From Octopus sinensis (Eukaryota), in the NCBI RefSeq assembly GCF_006345805.1, contig NC_043006.1, forward strand, positions 50,840,001-50,904,000: DNA of 64,000 nt. Direction: 5' to 3'. Each line of letters starts with the position of its first letter. Within the stretch, counting starts at the first letter, position 1. The position numbers and the translations under genes were made by a program. Shown in pieces: positions 40,148 through 54,019 of this stretch. A model generated the notes under the pieces. It ran no database searches. It had not been told where the DNA came from and saw only the letters and a program-made list of their open reading frames with translations.

Positions 40148-41159
40148 GTTCACAGAGAGTCACACTCGCATCTTCATACACACACCGACCGAAACACAAA
40201 CACACGCTCACCCACACACAACACTCACACACGCCGTCACACCTATACACTCGCCAACACATATACACACACCAATACATATACACACACCAACACATAC
40301 ACATGCCGACACACACACACCAACACTCACATACATACACGTTCACAGAGTCACACTCACATATTCACACACACACAAACACGGACACTCATACATGCAT
40401 ACCGACACATATGTACGCGTGCATGCTTGATTCTGTTTGTGCGTTTGTCCTTATATGGGTTTGTGTGTTCTTGCGTTGACCGAATGAGTTTGTGCCTATT
40501 CTGATATCGATTCTACGCTGTTCAGAAAAGAAGCGTATAGAGTAATTTATGAAATCAAGACAGTAAGTCAATTTTAATGTCTTTTATAAAAGCAAAATGA
40601 ACTTTCATGGCACTTTCTTTTATTCAATTAGGATCTTTACCTCCTTAAAATAAGTGACGAAATGTCTTTAATCATTACCAATGTCGACGATGAAGATGGC
40701 GACCCATAATTTGTGAATGAGACACAAACCCAGTCAGAAATGTGGACATTGACACTAAAAGAAAACGATGACTGAGCCTCTTCTTTGTCGCTTGTCCTGC
40801 AACACGCAGGCACGCACGCACGCACGCAAACACACACACACATACACACAGCCAAACCGACTAACAAATAGACAGTCAGAGAGCTAGGTAGGCAGGTAGG
40901 TAGGTAGGTAGGTAGGTAGGTAGGTCGGTAGGTAGGTAGGTAGGTAGGTAGGTAGGTAGGTAGGTAGGTAGGTAGATGCGTGGATACACACACATACCTA
41001 CATACATATATATATATGTATGTATGTATGTATGTATGATGGATGTATGTATGTATGTATGTATGTATGTATGTATGTATGTATGTATACTCCTGTATGT
41101 GTAGTTATGGTGGTTGTAAGGCAGATAATCAAAGTTGGGGTTGATACATATATTTTCAT

Positions 41160-41379
41160 AGAACGAAACAATTATAGGTAGTCGCGTGTGTACCGTTGGC
41201 GATTTTTTTCCTCCGTCTTCCCTTCTTTGAATCTTTCCTTTTCCTATGTTTCTGACGAAGAGCTCCGCTCGAAATGTTAAACCCTCCTTCTTTCCTTCCT
41301 TCCTGAGCGTCCAATAATACTATACTTGTTCCACGTCCTCGCGTTGTTGTGTTTTCTCTTTGTGTTTTCATGTTTGGAT

Positions 41380-41385
<6 letters not shown>
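41160..41385 (+). mobile_element. Hammerhead-bearing short element, family H-B
   Basis: 41248-41282 GTTT-CTGACGA-A-GAGC-TCC-GCTC-GAAAT-GTT-AAAC; ends catgtttggattaac(TA)n as at 9490. Confidence 0.75.
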
Positions 41386-41420
<35 letters not shown>

Positions 41421-41639
41421 GGATATATAAACAGAAATTGTGAAGGCTTGCTCCGACGGCTGTTTCAAGATGCCCAGAGATACTAATGACCATAATTTAC
41501 ATGTGATATGTGTGTAATATCATAAGAATGCAAGCGATGGCCAATCCCGATGACGTTATTCCAATAAGTCTGGCTTCCTTTTTGGTATTTGTCAATCTTT
41601 TCTTGATATCTTCTACGACATTATGCACATAGGTGCAAA

Positions 41640-41800
41640 CGTAACTGTGTGGTAAGCTGCTTGCTTCTCAACCACATGTTTCCAGGTTCAGTTCCAGTGC
41701 GTGGCACCTTGGTCAGGTGACTTCTAGTATAGCCTCGGGCCGACCAAAGCCTTGTGAGTGAGTTTAGTAGACTGAAGCTGAAAGAAGCCTATCCTATATA

Positions 41801-41834
<34 letters not shown>

Positions 41835-41855
41835 TGTGTATGTGTGCGTGTGTGT

Positions 41856-41894
<39 letters not shown>

Positions 41895-41909
41895 TGTGTG
41901 CGTGTGTGT

Positions 41910-41954
<45 letters not shown>

Positions 41955-42092
41955 GTGTGCGTGTATTTATGTGTGGCTGTAGAAACCGATAGAATAAGTC
42001 CTGGCGTCGATTTTTTCGACTGAATCTCTGTAAAGCGGTGCTCCAGCATGACTGCAGTCAAATGACTGAAGCCACTAAAAGAATAAAAGAGT
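41640..42092 (+). mobile_element. SINE family A
   Basis: Head, gccgaccaaagccttgtgag core, (TG)n, gcggtgctccagcatg tail. Confidence 0.85.
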
Positions 42093-42284
42093 ATAAACTC
42101 TTTTCATTTACCTTACTCCCTCTATTGCAGCTCGATTTAGTTTTCTCTTATAGTCATTTTTATGCTGTGGATCTTGCACTGGAGGAATTCGGAGTTTAAC
42201 TTCACATTCATTTGAACACTACCGTGTCCGTGTGTTATCCATGCTGACCTTATTTGTCTCTCACTAATTCACTATATGTACTTG

Positions 42285-42335
<51 letters not shown>

Positions 42336-42498
42336 ATTAAATAATAAGGGTAGTAGAAATTGATATTAATAAAAACCTGTTACTTAGCATATTTAAAAAT
42401 CCGAAGATTAAAAGTTGTGTTACATACAAAATTAAGAGGAATGACCATTAAGTGGACACCTAATATGCAAAACATAGACGTCAAATCGCCATTACCAG

Positions 42499-42612
<114 letters not shown>

Positions 42613-43385
42613 CCTGCTCGCTTAGCCAGCGGGGTGGCGTCGTTCGAAGCCTAAACAATGCAAAACGCATTGTGACCAGCGATGTGTAGCAACATCTGAT
42701 GGTCTGGTCGGTCACGGTGATATATATATATATATATATATATAAAGCAATCCCCATATGGATGGATAGATGGATGGATCGTTCGATCGATGGACGGACG
42801 GGCTTGTTGTTTGTGTGTATACTCCGACATCGTGCATGTAATGACGTAGGTACGTATTTGCGCCTTCGAAGTTTTATGTAATGTAGAACTGAGTCAACTC
42901 CACTTAAATGTATATAGAACTCCGGTTATATATATACACTTTTTCATGGAACTTGCACCACGAATTTTGAGATGCGCGAATTTTGCAATGACTACAGGCA
43001 CTCAAAAACTCCTTCCAGTTTGGCTGTATTTGGACTGAAGTCTATTTCCAAATTTCCTTTAATTTGGCATCGTTTCTGTCAGTTGCTAACTCAAATTGAA
43101 AATACTCTCTTTTAATTAATCAGTCTTCTTTACGTTACAGTTTTATGTCCCTAGCTTATGTTCTTTTAGTCTTTACATTTAACTTCGTTCTACTCTGTCT
43201 CCTACCCTCACTCTTTGCAGATAAACGATCGCGTGGTTTCCAGTGTCGAAATAGTAATGACTCTAGATGAAAAAAAAAACAGGCTGTCGAATTGCTTTTA
43301 TTCACTTCAGTTTATTATACTTTCTATTGATTCCCATACACATCTTTCACTAACACATATATACAAACATGCATATATATATATA

Positions 43386-43422
<37 letters not shown>

Positions 43423-43448
43423 GAGTGAGAGAGCAGTTCATGCCATCA

Positions 43449-43484
<36 letters not shown>

Positions 43485-43486
43485 AA

Positions 43487-43912
43487 AACGCAGGAGTGGC
43501 TGTGTGGTAAGTAGTTTGCTTACCTACCACATGGTTCCGGGTTCAGTCCCACTGCGTGGCACCTTGGGCAAGTATCTTCTGCTATAACCTCGGGCCGACC
43601 AAAGCCTTGTGAGTGGATTTGGTAGACGGAAACTGAAAGAAGCCCGTCGTATATATGTATATGTATGTATATACGTTTGTGTGTATGTTTGTGTGTCTGT
43701 GTTTGTCCCCTCCCCCAACATCGCTTGACAACCGATGCTGGTTTGTTTACGTCCCCGTAACTTAGCGGTTCGGCAAAAGAGACCGATAGAATAAGTACTA
43801 GACTTACAAAGAATAAGTCCTGGAGTCGATTTGCTCGACTAAAGGAGGTGCTCCAGCATGGCCACAGTCAAATGACTGAATCAAGTAAAAGAGTAAAAGA
43901 GAGTAAAAAAGA
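43487..43912 (+). mobile_element. SINE family A, full length
   Basis: cgcaggagtggctgtgtggtaag head to aagtaaaagagtaaaagagag tail. Confidence 0.9.
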
Positions 43913-44661
43913 GTAAACATACACATTTTTAAGTATATACATACATACGCACGTACATGCATATATCCTGGGGTTTAAAGTGAATAAGAAAATGTTTTAT
44001 TAAGACCGTGATTCCGGCGGAAGATTGTTTCATTTGAGAATATGACAGGGACAAACATCTTATATATCTTATAGCTGAGAAAATGCATTAGAACAAATGA
44101 CAAGTAACAGAATTTGATAATAACGTCCGTATCGATGACGATAGAACAAATAAAGAACGCGAAAATACAAATCGGAATATAAAAGTAAGAATGAATAATT
44201 AAACGAATACTGGTACACGTAAATAGAACGAGACAAAAAAACAAAAATTAAAAGTTGGATGAAAAATAATGCAGAAATATCAAGTTTAAGTATAGATAAA
44301 TAAATAAATGGAAAGAATGAAATATAGGTGAGTGATAATGGCGATGATTATATTTATGACAAAGATGGCGGTGATAACAACTAGGACGACGATAATGACG
44401 AAGACGACGACGACGACAATGATGATTATGATGATGATGGAGGTGGTGATATTGGTAGTCTGGCGGTGATGATGATGATGGTGGTGGTGGTGATCAAAGA
44501 CGGAAATAATAATAATGAGACGGTAATAAAATATACATAGAAAGTAAAGCTAAACACAGACAGATACTTATGGTCCCTCGGGGATAACATTTCCATTTTA
44601 GTCAAGTAGCGTTGGACAGTTCCATGGGCCCACATAAACAATCATGCTCAAAGGAACTCAA

Positions 44662-44709
<48 letters not shown>

Positions 44710-44729
44710 TCATCATATATATATGTATA

Positions 44730-45248
44730 TAGGCGTCGGTGTGGCTGTGTGATATGAAGCTTGCTTCCCGACAACTTTTCTGTCGTTCTGTCCATTTATT
44801 TGTTTATGCTTAAACTTGATTTTTGTTTAGTATTTTTCTCGCTCTATTTACGCGGAGCTGTATCCATTCAGTTATTCATGGTTCCGGGTTCAATCCCTCT
44901 GCGTGGCACCTTGGGCAAGTGTCTTTTAGGATAGCCTCAGGCAGACCAAAATCTTGTGAATGGATCTGTTAGACGCAAACTAAAAGAAGCCTATCATATA
45001 TGCATATGTGTGTGTGTGTATGCCTGTGTGTGTGTGTGTGTGCATGTTTGTGTGTGTATCGCACCAACGCTTGACAACCATTGTTGATGTGTTTACGTCC
45101 CCGTAGCCTATCAGTTCGGCAAATGAGACCGATAGAATAAGTACCAGACTTATTAAATACTGAGGTTGATTAATTCGACTAAAAATTCTTCAAGGCGGTG
45201 CTCCAGCATGGCCGCAGTTTAATGACTGAAACAAGTAAAAGATAAAAG
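44730..45248 (+). mobile_element. SINE family A with ~100-bp insertion in the head
   Basis: Head split between gcttgcttccc (~44770) and catggttccgggttca (~44877). Confidence 0.75.
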
Positions 45249-45948
45249 TCATGTATATATATATATATATATGAAATACAAAAATGGGACAAGAACACAA
45301 AACATCCTGACAGACGATGCAAAATAATCAAGGACAGGTCATCCGGAGTTTACTTTCTTCAGTCGAGTTCCAGATTATCTTTGCAATTTCGGTTGGTTAT
45401 ACTCGAGATTGCTCCAATCTGGCAAGCCCAAAAGAAAAACTAGGCTAAGCGCACTAGATTCCTTGGAAGAAAGCCGCGAATGTATACGAAAACAAGGACG
45501 TAAAAAAACGGAGAAATGTTACACAAATACAAATAACAGGACATTAACAACAAGTGTCTTTCGACTAAGGACGTATTAAATTAAGCTGGCGTATGTGGAA
45601 GTAAAGCCTTACGGCAGGGACATAAGATTTGACAGGCTCATGGAGGAATATTTATACATACACACACACACACACACACACATATATTATATATATATAT
45701 ATATATATAAATATATATATATATATGTATATATATACTGTAAAAATAAATAATATAAGTATGCATATATGTATGTGGTGTACAACGGCCTTCATTCAAT
45801 ATCTGGCTTATGGAGTTTTATTCTATCGACCACTTTTATTGGCCCACTATGTTGCAGGAACATAAACAAACTCCAGTCGTGAACCAGTGGAGCGACAGAA
45901 GAACACACACGCACATGCATGTAATTATGTATAAATATATATACAGCA

Positions 45949-46110
45949 TTATGGAGAATTAATACAGAACTTACAACTCTTGTACTCTGACTATGAATTC
46001 TCATGTGTACTTATCATCATAGGTGCATTAGGTTATGTTCTGACAAATTTGCACAAAAAACAAGAAATACTCGGTTTCATAGAGAAAGAGAGAAAGAAAC
46101 TATATCACTA
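45949..46110 (+). mobile_element. RLE-type LINE C-terminal relic
   Basis: YGELIQNLQLLYSDYEFSCVLIIIGALGYV resembles the KY.EL...IIIGALG end of R4-like ORFs (compare 27350-27635). Confidence 0.5.
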
Positions 46111-46508
46111 AATACCGAGAACTCTCTTAACTCAAAAAGATCGTCGCTTTGTTGGCGACTGGCTTAAACTCCCTCGAGAAGAACTCAAAGAAAAATCATG
46201 CATACGGGAATACTTACATTTGAACATTTACGAATCAGCCTGTTTTTCTTCGAAATTCATCCGTAGCATATACCTTCAACATATCACAGTATAGCACAAC
46301 AGCTCCTGATGTAGATATTAAGGATCACTATCGTCAGAAAAATTCACTCGAACCTCCGGCATATTCTTTTGATTTGCAAAACCAAATACCTTTTCGTCGT
46401 CTCAATAAGTGCCAGTCTGTAGATTTTATCTGTTAATGATTTTATCTCTCTGTTTCCAAGTCACCTTATAGTCTTTCCTTCGTCTTCGCAACATTTTTTA
46501 TATTCTTT

Positions 46509-46561
<53 letters not shown>

Positions 46562-47225
46562 ATCTATATCGTTTATATCTATATATATTGTTATCTATAT
46601 CGTTTATATCTTTGTTGTACTTCATTTTATCCTTTCATTGCCTTTATATTATTTATCCCTCTGGGTTGTATACATTTTTTATCGCATCTTTTTTATTTCA
46701 TTGCACTTCTTTCACATTTATTCTTTATGGTCTGTTTCATCTTACTTTATCGTATTTCCGAATTATCTGTTCTTATGTATAATCCGTTGACTTGGTACCA
46801 CTTAACCTAAACTTTGCTACACTTGCTTTGATATACTATTTATTACTTGTCCTATTATTGTTCTGTTTTCTTCTTGAATGAAACATTATTCCCTTGAATA
46901 TATAGAGAGAATAATGTAATGGGTTTCATATTTCGATACCGTCATCCAATGATATGATCGGTAATCGATATGAATATTGATTATTTGAAGGAATATAATA
47001 ATGTTTCTGATACATCAATAATTTATATTCTGTATTCTTTTAAACTACATGTAACTTATTATTACATAATAACCTCAATTTATATTGCTGCTTCATTGAC
47101 TGCAATTATAAGGGCGTGAGAGTTTAGCATAGCAGATAACTGAACCCTAATTATTCATGGCAACTTCCCCCAGTCTGCGCATCAGTAACAACCTCTCTCT
47201 TTCTCTCTCACTCTCTCTCTCTCTC

Positions 47226-47259
<34 letters not shown>

Positions 47260-47284
47260 CTTTATATATATATATTATTTTATT

Positions 47285-47810
47285 CTTTTATTCAGTTACT
47301 TGTTTCAGTCATTTGACTGCGGCCATGCTGGAGCACCGCCTTTAGTCGAGCAAATCGACCCCAAAGTGACGGCGGCGAGCTGGCAGAAACGTTAGCGCAC
47401 CGGGCGAAATGCTTAGTGGTATTTCGTCTGTCGTTACGTTCTGAGTTCAAATTCCGCCGAGGTCGACTTTGCCTTTCATCCTTTCGGGTCGATAAATAAG
47501 TACCATTTTCGCAATGGGGTCTAAGTTACGGGGATGTAAACACACCAGCATCCGTTGTCAAGCGATGTTGGGCGGGGACAAACACAGACACACAAACATA
47601 TACACACACATACATAAATATATAAGCATATATATACATATACGACGGCCTTCTTCCAGTTTCCGTCTACCAAATCTACTCACAAAGCTTTGGTCGCCAC
47701 GAGGCTATAGTAGAAGATACTTGTCCAAGATGCCACGCAGTGGGACTGAACCCAGGACCATGTGGTTGGTAAGCAAGCTACTTACCACACAGCCACTCCT
47801 GCGCCTATAT
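47285..47810 (-). mobile_element. SINE family A interrupted by an oppositely oriented family B fragment (~47366-47520)
   Basis: Family A tail and head flank ggcggcgagctggcagaaacgttag...ggtcgataaataagtacc; ~55 nt of family A is missing at the junction. Confidence 0.85.
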
Positions 47811-47990
47811 ATGAATTTTGAGTTAGAGGTTATGTAACCGTCTAAGGGATAAATGTATCCATAAGCACTACTGATGTATTACTTATGTATAGGCCTTGCT
47901 ATAGACTTAACAGTCGTTGGTAATTCAAATGGTAAACTATGGTTTAATATATCCATTTCTTATCTTATCTGAATATATATGGTGTGTACA

Positions 47991-48050
<60 letters not shown>

Positions 48051-48158
48051 GTAGGTAGGTAGGTAGGCAGGCAGGCAGGCAGACAGACAGACAGACAGAC
48101 AAAGAGAGAAAAAGTGAGACTGAAACTTTGAAGACTATTCGCACACACACATACACAC

Positions 48159-48189
<31 letters not shown>

Positions 48190-48409
48190 TGTATGTATAA
48201 ACCAGAAAAGCAAACAAAGAAAGACTTTAGCACATCTTTAATGACCAGTTACAGTTGTTTCGGTAACACTGTCCCTTAAGGCAAAAGTTCAATGGGCAAA
48301 TTCACGTAATATTTGCCGTTTTACACATTAGAGTGGCACTTCATCAGACTTGCATCAAAAGGTGCGCTCTTACCTTATGTATACATACATACACACACAT
48401 ATATATATG

Positions 48410-48470
<61 letters not shown>

Positions 48471-49427
48471 TATATACCTGTGTGTGTTTCCATGCATGTG
48501 GGTGGATTTATGTGTATTTCCGCATATTTAATATGTTTGTGTGTATATATATATCCGTATGTATGTATGTGCATAAGTATTCTGATTCCATATTGGGTCC
48601 AATAGAAGTGTTTCTAAGAATAATAACTGCTTGAATGTAATTTCTGCTTCATAACCTATCACGTTTTTGATCTACATCACAGATTATTTTAGTAGATTCT
48701 TCAAAAATAGCTGAACACTTCAAGTAATGTTTTTGAGTCATCGGTCCTTTAAACACCTTCTCATTCACTTCCGCCTTCTGTTTTACCGCATGAAAGCATT
48801 CGCGGCCGACATTGAGAAGAACCAGGAAATATGTTTATATGTTTAGTACAATACCAAAGAATGAAATAGCTTAAATGCATACACACGAAGTTAAGAGGCT
48901 GTTCACTCCATGGAATGTAACGAGTAAAATAGTTGTTACTGAAAATATGTGCTTGAAGTTCTTTGTAGTACTTTGATATGTTTGATGCGCCGTTATCATA
49001 GTGTTTTTTTTTTCTTTTAATTTGTTACGTCGATTCTATTTTGTTCAAAAAATTTCCACGACGATGTTTGCATGAGCTTCTGAGTGACTTGCAAAGGGAA
49101 TGAAAAATAAGAAAACAGCCAATAACCTTTTGATCTGATTTTCTAACATGGTGAATAACTAGTCAACTGATCAATCTGAGATTTTCCTGGTGTTGAATAA
49201 ACACTTAGAGAAAAAGTATGTCGCTTCTTTGATTTCTTCTCCAATTTAAAAAAAAAGACTGTGATAACAACGCATCAAAATACTACATAGGACTTCAAGC
49301 ATATATTGTCAGCATCAACTATTTTACGCATTACATTCCATGTACTGAACACTCTCTTAACTTGGTGTAAATGCTTTCAATACTTTGTTTACATAACTTC
49401 TATACCTTCCTCGGATATTTTTGAAGA

Positions 49428-50272
49428 TACGAGGTCTGATCAATAAGTATCCGGACTGTGGCCATAGTAACACATCTAAAACACGCAGAATAAAGCCGCT
49501 TGACCTTGAGCTCTGCTGTGCCTGCGCACGCAATTTTAACGTTCTAACTCACTTTCGCTGTTTGCAGCAGTGCTTGAAAGGAAGGTGTGTAGCGTGTGAT
49601 CGTCGCATTGACTATGACAGAAGAAGTTGTCATGGCGATACCTGCACAGAGGCCAACGCAAAGTTGTAGAAAGTATATGGATAGGAGTGTGTGAGTCGCA
49701 CACAACGTAGCCGAAAAAATGTCGATAGTGACGAACATTCTAGGAGACCCGCAACCAGCAGAACTGAGAAAAATACCGCAGATATGCGTGCACCTGTGAG
49801 AGGAAATCGTTGAATCACCATCCGAGATTATCAGAACTTGTGCCAATTAGTTACGGTTCAGTTCGATCCATAATCATTGAAGATTTGTGTATGAGATGCG
49901 TGTCTGCCAGGTTTGTACCAAAACTGCTTTCAGCTGACCAAAAGGACAGTCGAGTTTCAGTTGCATAAGATCTTGTTTGTATCAAGAACGATGAAAACTT
50001 TTTGAAAACTTTGCGTAAGCCTCTGAGTAGGTATCGCCAGCTTTTGGCAAAATTTGATGCAGATTCTCTGCTCAACTTTCTCTGTCATAATCAATGCGAC
50101 GATCACACTCTACACGCGTTACTTCCAAGCACTGCTGTAAACAGCGGAAGTTAAAACTTAGTGCGCATGCACAGCAGAATTCAAGGTAAATCCGTGCCAA
50201 GTGGCTTCACCCTGCGTGCTTTATCTTCGTTACTGTGGTAACAGCCCGGACTCTTATTAATCAGACAACGTA
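49428..50272 (+). mobile_element. Internally deleted mariner element with imperfect TIRs and TA target duplication
   Basis: TA-CGAGGTCTGATCAATAAGTATCCGGACTGT ... ACAGCCCGGACTCTTATTAATCAGACAACG-TA; internal SYGSVRSIIIEDLCMRCVSARFVPKLLSADQKDSRV (mariner WVP-linker region). Confidence 0.88.
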
Positions 50273-51883
50273 TATTTGAAGATTTCCCTTGTAATTAACT
50301 TATTTTTGCTGTATGAGAAATAAGAAAAGCTCATATTTAGTAAATGGTTGTTGTCATTCTGTTAAGAATTAAGTGTTTCAGTGTCATCAAAAGATGAGAG
50401 AAACTTTACAGTCAAAACTATTCTTTACATTACTTTTGTCCCAGATGAACCTACCTCACGGCAAGAGGTGCAAATGAGGGTAGCTACATCAAACTCCATT
50501 CTTCACTAAGTACCACATATTGGAGGAGGCTCTCAGTAATAACAGTGTAGCAAAATGGCGGTGCATCAGTATGGCCGCAGCTTTGAGCTGAAACTAGAGA
50601 ACAAAAATACTCCATTCCTTTTATGAATGAGATTTCGTTCATTGAATCAATTCACGTTATGTTACAGATCCGATGTCCAGAACTGCTATCATGTTTTGTA
50701 AACAATATACAGGTGCTATTTAGGAAAAGCTGGGGTTTTAACCTATGTATGCCCTCGAAGACAATTCAAACCGATCAATATATATTTCCTATTGAATGGG
50801 AGAAAATACATTACTCATTCCCTTTAGATATCCTCACTAGTCATGTGCTTCTGGAATATCAATGAATGATATCTTCTCTGGTCAGAGTGTTTCGAAATAA
50901 GAGAAATCATTATCATGGTGCCACCGAGAATTTATTTACATCACAAATCACTCAATTCCTGCATTATATTGGAGTTTCGTCATCTCCTCATCATCAACTT
51001 TTGTGACATTCGTATCATCACAGATAACTTGAACTCTTAGTGCCTCTTTAATATTGCCATAGCAATCATTAGATTCGGATATCTTTGGTGTCCAGTTTAA
51101 TGTTTTACTGCTGCCTTGCATTTGAGTCCTAGAACTCGCATTTACTGAGAATTTCTTCATGCTTCCACACCGAAATCTCTTTTTCTCCAACCTAATTAAT
51201 TTGAATGAGTGGAAAATAATTGCTAAATATTGATTGAAGAGTAGTAACATTATTGTAGAAAAAGACAGCATAAGCTTTTGGCCTAATTAAGGAGACTTGA
51301 ATTATTTTGCATGAATCACTTGGTCTCAGGTTAATTACCATTTGCATAAATAGATATTTATGTTACTATACCAATAACTAAAAATTCATAGAAATAAAAT
51401 TTAGCAAAAAGTGAAAGGTCGACCGCCTTCGTTCCGATGATATTTTAGGAGATTCCCAGTGATAATAAATTTATGTAGTTTGGACAAACACATCACACTT
51501 GCTTTAAGCCGTTTTGTTTTCCTTTCTTTTGTTACAAAGTCAAACAACTCCAATTTTAGGGTGAATCAAAACTAGGTCGTAAGCTCCAAACCTCAAATCA
51601 ACGGGAGAATTATAACTGTCAGAATTATGGACCATAATAATACTGATTAGGGAAGGTTAAATGCACATCGTTAATACGCAAAAACTGACTCACTCCTACA
51701 AGACATGGTAAATAGTATCGATTTTTTTTCTGTTGATCTTTACCATTGTAAATATCTTCCGTTGATCTTCACCATTGTAAATATATTCTGATTAATTGTT
51801 TTCTGTTCACTGCCTTTCACTCAGAACTTTCAAACCATTTTTACTGTCGTACTACGTTTATTATTATATTACTATGTTAATAA

Positions 51884-52253
51884 TCTATATATATAAAGCT
51901 GAAGTTGTGTGTGTGTGTGTATGTGTGTGACAGGTTTGATAGCCTTCAACTAACTCTATCTCCTCCGAGACCCTGCGGTGCAAGTTGACCGAAATTGAGA
52001 GTATGATAGAAGGCTTGCTCTTCATTCCGTAGAAAAACAAATTCAAATCGGACCATGTTAGGACCAAAAATTATTTACATCAAAAAGGTGCTTTTTTTCT
52101 ATGAAAATCCCTAGTTTTTACGATTTTTTGACTGTTGTGTTCACTTAAAGAGAATAACAAGCTACATAATGCAAATTTTTTACTTTTCAAGAATTCCAAT
52201 TCTAAAGGGTCGAAAAGAAAAGAAACCCGAGCAATACCGGGCTATACTGCTAG
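51884..52253 (+). mobile_element. Non-autonomous Helitron (370 bp)
   Basis: A|TCTATATATATAAAG 5' end; subterminal hairpin CCCG-AGCAATAC-CGGG (52226-52241); CTAG|T 3' end; no TSD. Confidence 0.75.
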
Positions 52254-52887
52254 TACTGTCACTATATTAGTATATTACTATTTTATTATAATAGTAGTAT
52301 ATGTGGAGTGTATTAACTTGCCCCTTTTTAAAGATATAATCTAGATTACTTTCTAATCTGCAACTGCGTTCACAAATTAATTCTCAATCAATTAGCCATG
52401 CAAGTGTTCAATAAAATCAATGTTTTCGAGCTGTGTTTCATCGTCTAAATGTACAAAAAATTTTCGAAGCTTGAGTGTAGCAGAAACACGATTCGGATCG
52501 CAGTGATATAGATCTAGCTGATATCATGCTTAGAATGGTTTATAGCTCTTAAACAATATATAAGCTGCCATTTGTGATTATCTGTTTCGTATATGTGGTC
52601 ATTTAATCCTATGAATAATAATAAAAGAAAATACTGTTGAATAAAGGACTCATTTATAACATAGTAGAGAATTGTATCATATATATTATATTGGCTAAAG
52701 ACTATTATTATTTACTTATTTACCAGGGAGCTCCGGTTTCGTCTTTCAATTATTTCAGGGTAATAACAAAAAGACTTAACAGTATATGTTTGTGTTTGTC
52801 GGTTTGTATATATGTGTGTATGTGTGTGTGCGTATAGTGTGTGCTTATGAATGAATTATTCTTATTATTATTGTTATTGTTGTTGCT

Positions 52888-53467
52888 GAGGCGGCGAGCT
52901 GGCAGGATCGTTAGTACGCTGTACGAAATACTTAGCGGTATTTCGTCTGCCGCTACATTCTGAGTTCAAATTCTGCCGTGGTCGACTTTGCCTTTCATTC
53001 TTTCGGGGTCGATTAAATAAGTACCAGTTACGCACTGGGGTCGATATAATCGACTTAATCCGTTTGTCTGTCCTTGTTTGTCTCCTCTATGTTTAGCCCC
53101 CTGTGGGTAGTAAAGAAATATGTATTTCAACCGTCGCTACGTTCTGAGTTCAAATTCCGCCGAGGTCGACTTTACCTTTCATCCTTTTGGGGTCGATAAA
53201 TTAAGTACCAGTTACACACTGGGGTCGATATAATCGACTTAATCCGTTTGTCTGTCCTTGTTTGTCTCCTCTGTGTTTAGCTCCTTGTGGGTAGTAAAGA
53301 AATAGGCATTTCGTCTGCCGCTACGTTCTGAGTTCAAATTCCGCTGAGGTCAACTTGCCTTTCACCCTTTCGGGGTCGATGAATTAAGTACCAGTTGAGT
53401 ACTGGAGTCGATGTAATAGACTGTTCACCTCCTCCAAATTTCAGGCCTTGTACTTATAACAGAAAGG

Positions 53468-53508
<41 letters not shown>

Positions 53509-53530
53509 CATTATTATTATTATTATTAAT
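52888..53530 (+). mobile_element. SINE family B with three tandem internal units and (ATT)n tail
   Basis: gctacgttctgagttcaaattc...ggggtcgat unit repeats at ~52952, ~53136 and ~53320. Confidence 0.85.
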
Positions 53531-53737
53531 TGAAATAGAAGTAGGCTAATGGCGAAAAAATACAAAAGGGGGAGTCATGAATTATATGATTGTTTTGTGA
53601 TAAAACGTTCTTAGCGTTGCTACTTCATTTATTAAGAGTGAGAGACGACCTTAAGTAGTGATGAATGGGAACAGTACATATGTATATAAACCAGAGTATT
53701 CAAGGGTAAAGAATAGGTTGTTTTTTATATTATTCTA

Positions 53738-53919
53738 TTATTCTTTTACTTGTTTCAGTCATTTGATTGCGGCCATGCTAGAGCGCCTCCTTAAAGAGTT
53801 TTAGTCGAAGAAATCAGCCACGGGGCTTATTCCTTGTAAGCCTGTGTCGAGTTCTTTTGCCGGACCGCTAAATTACGGGGGCGTAAACACCACCAGCATC
53901 GGTTCCTCAAGCAATGGCG
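53738..53919 (-). mobile_element. SINE family A 3' part, cut by assembly gap
   Basis: cttttacttgtttcagtcatttg...ccgctaaattacgggg...accagcatcgg. Confidence 0.8.
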
Positions 53920-54019
53920 NNNNNNNNNNNNNNNNNNNNNNNNNNNNNNNNNNNNNNNNNNNNNNNNNNNNNNNNNNNNNNNNNNNNNNNNNNNNNNNNN
54001 NNNNNNNNNNNNNNNNNNN
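53920..54019. other. Assembly gap (100 N)
   Basis: Run of exactly 100 N. Confidence 1.

Noticed and set aside
46110-47000. Possible PLE endonuclease relic (46110-46500, minus) and GGATGA...GAAAC hammerhead-like word (~46920-46955, minus)
   Set aside because: Requires many frameshifts and core substitutions; not supportable
50948-51271. 107-aa minus-strand ORF in unique sequence
   Set aside because: Non-ATG start, no recognisable domain, no convincing splice donor
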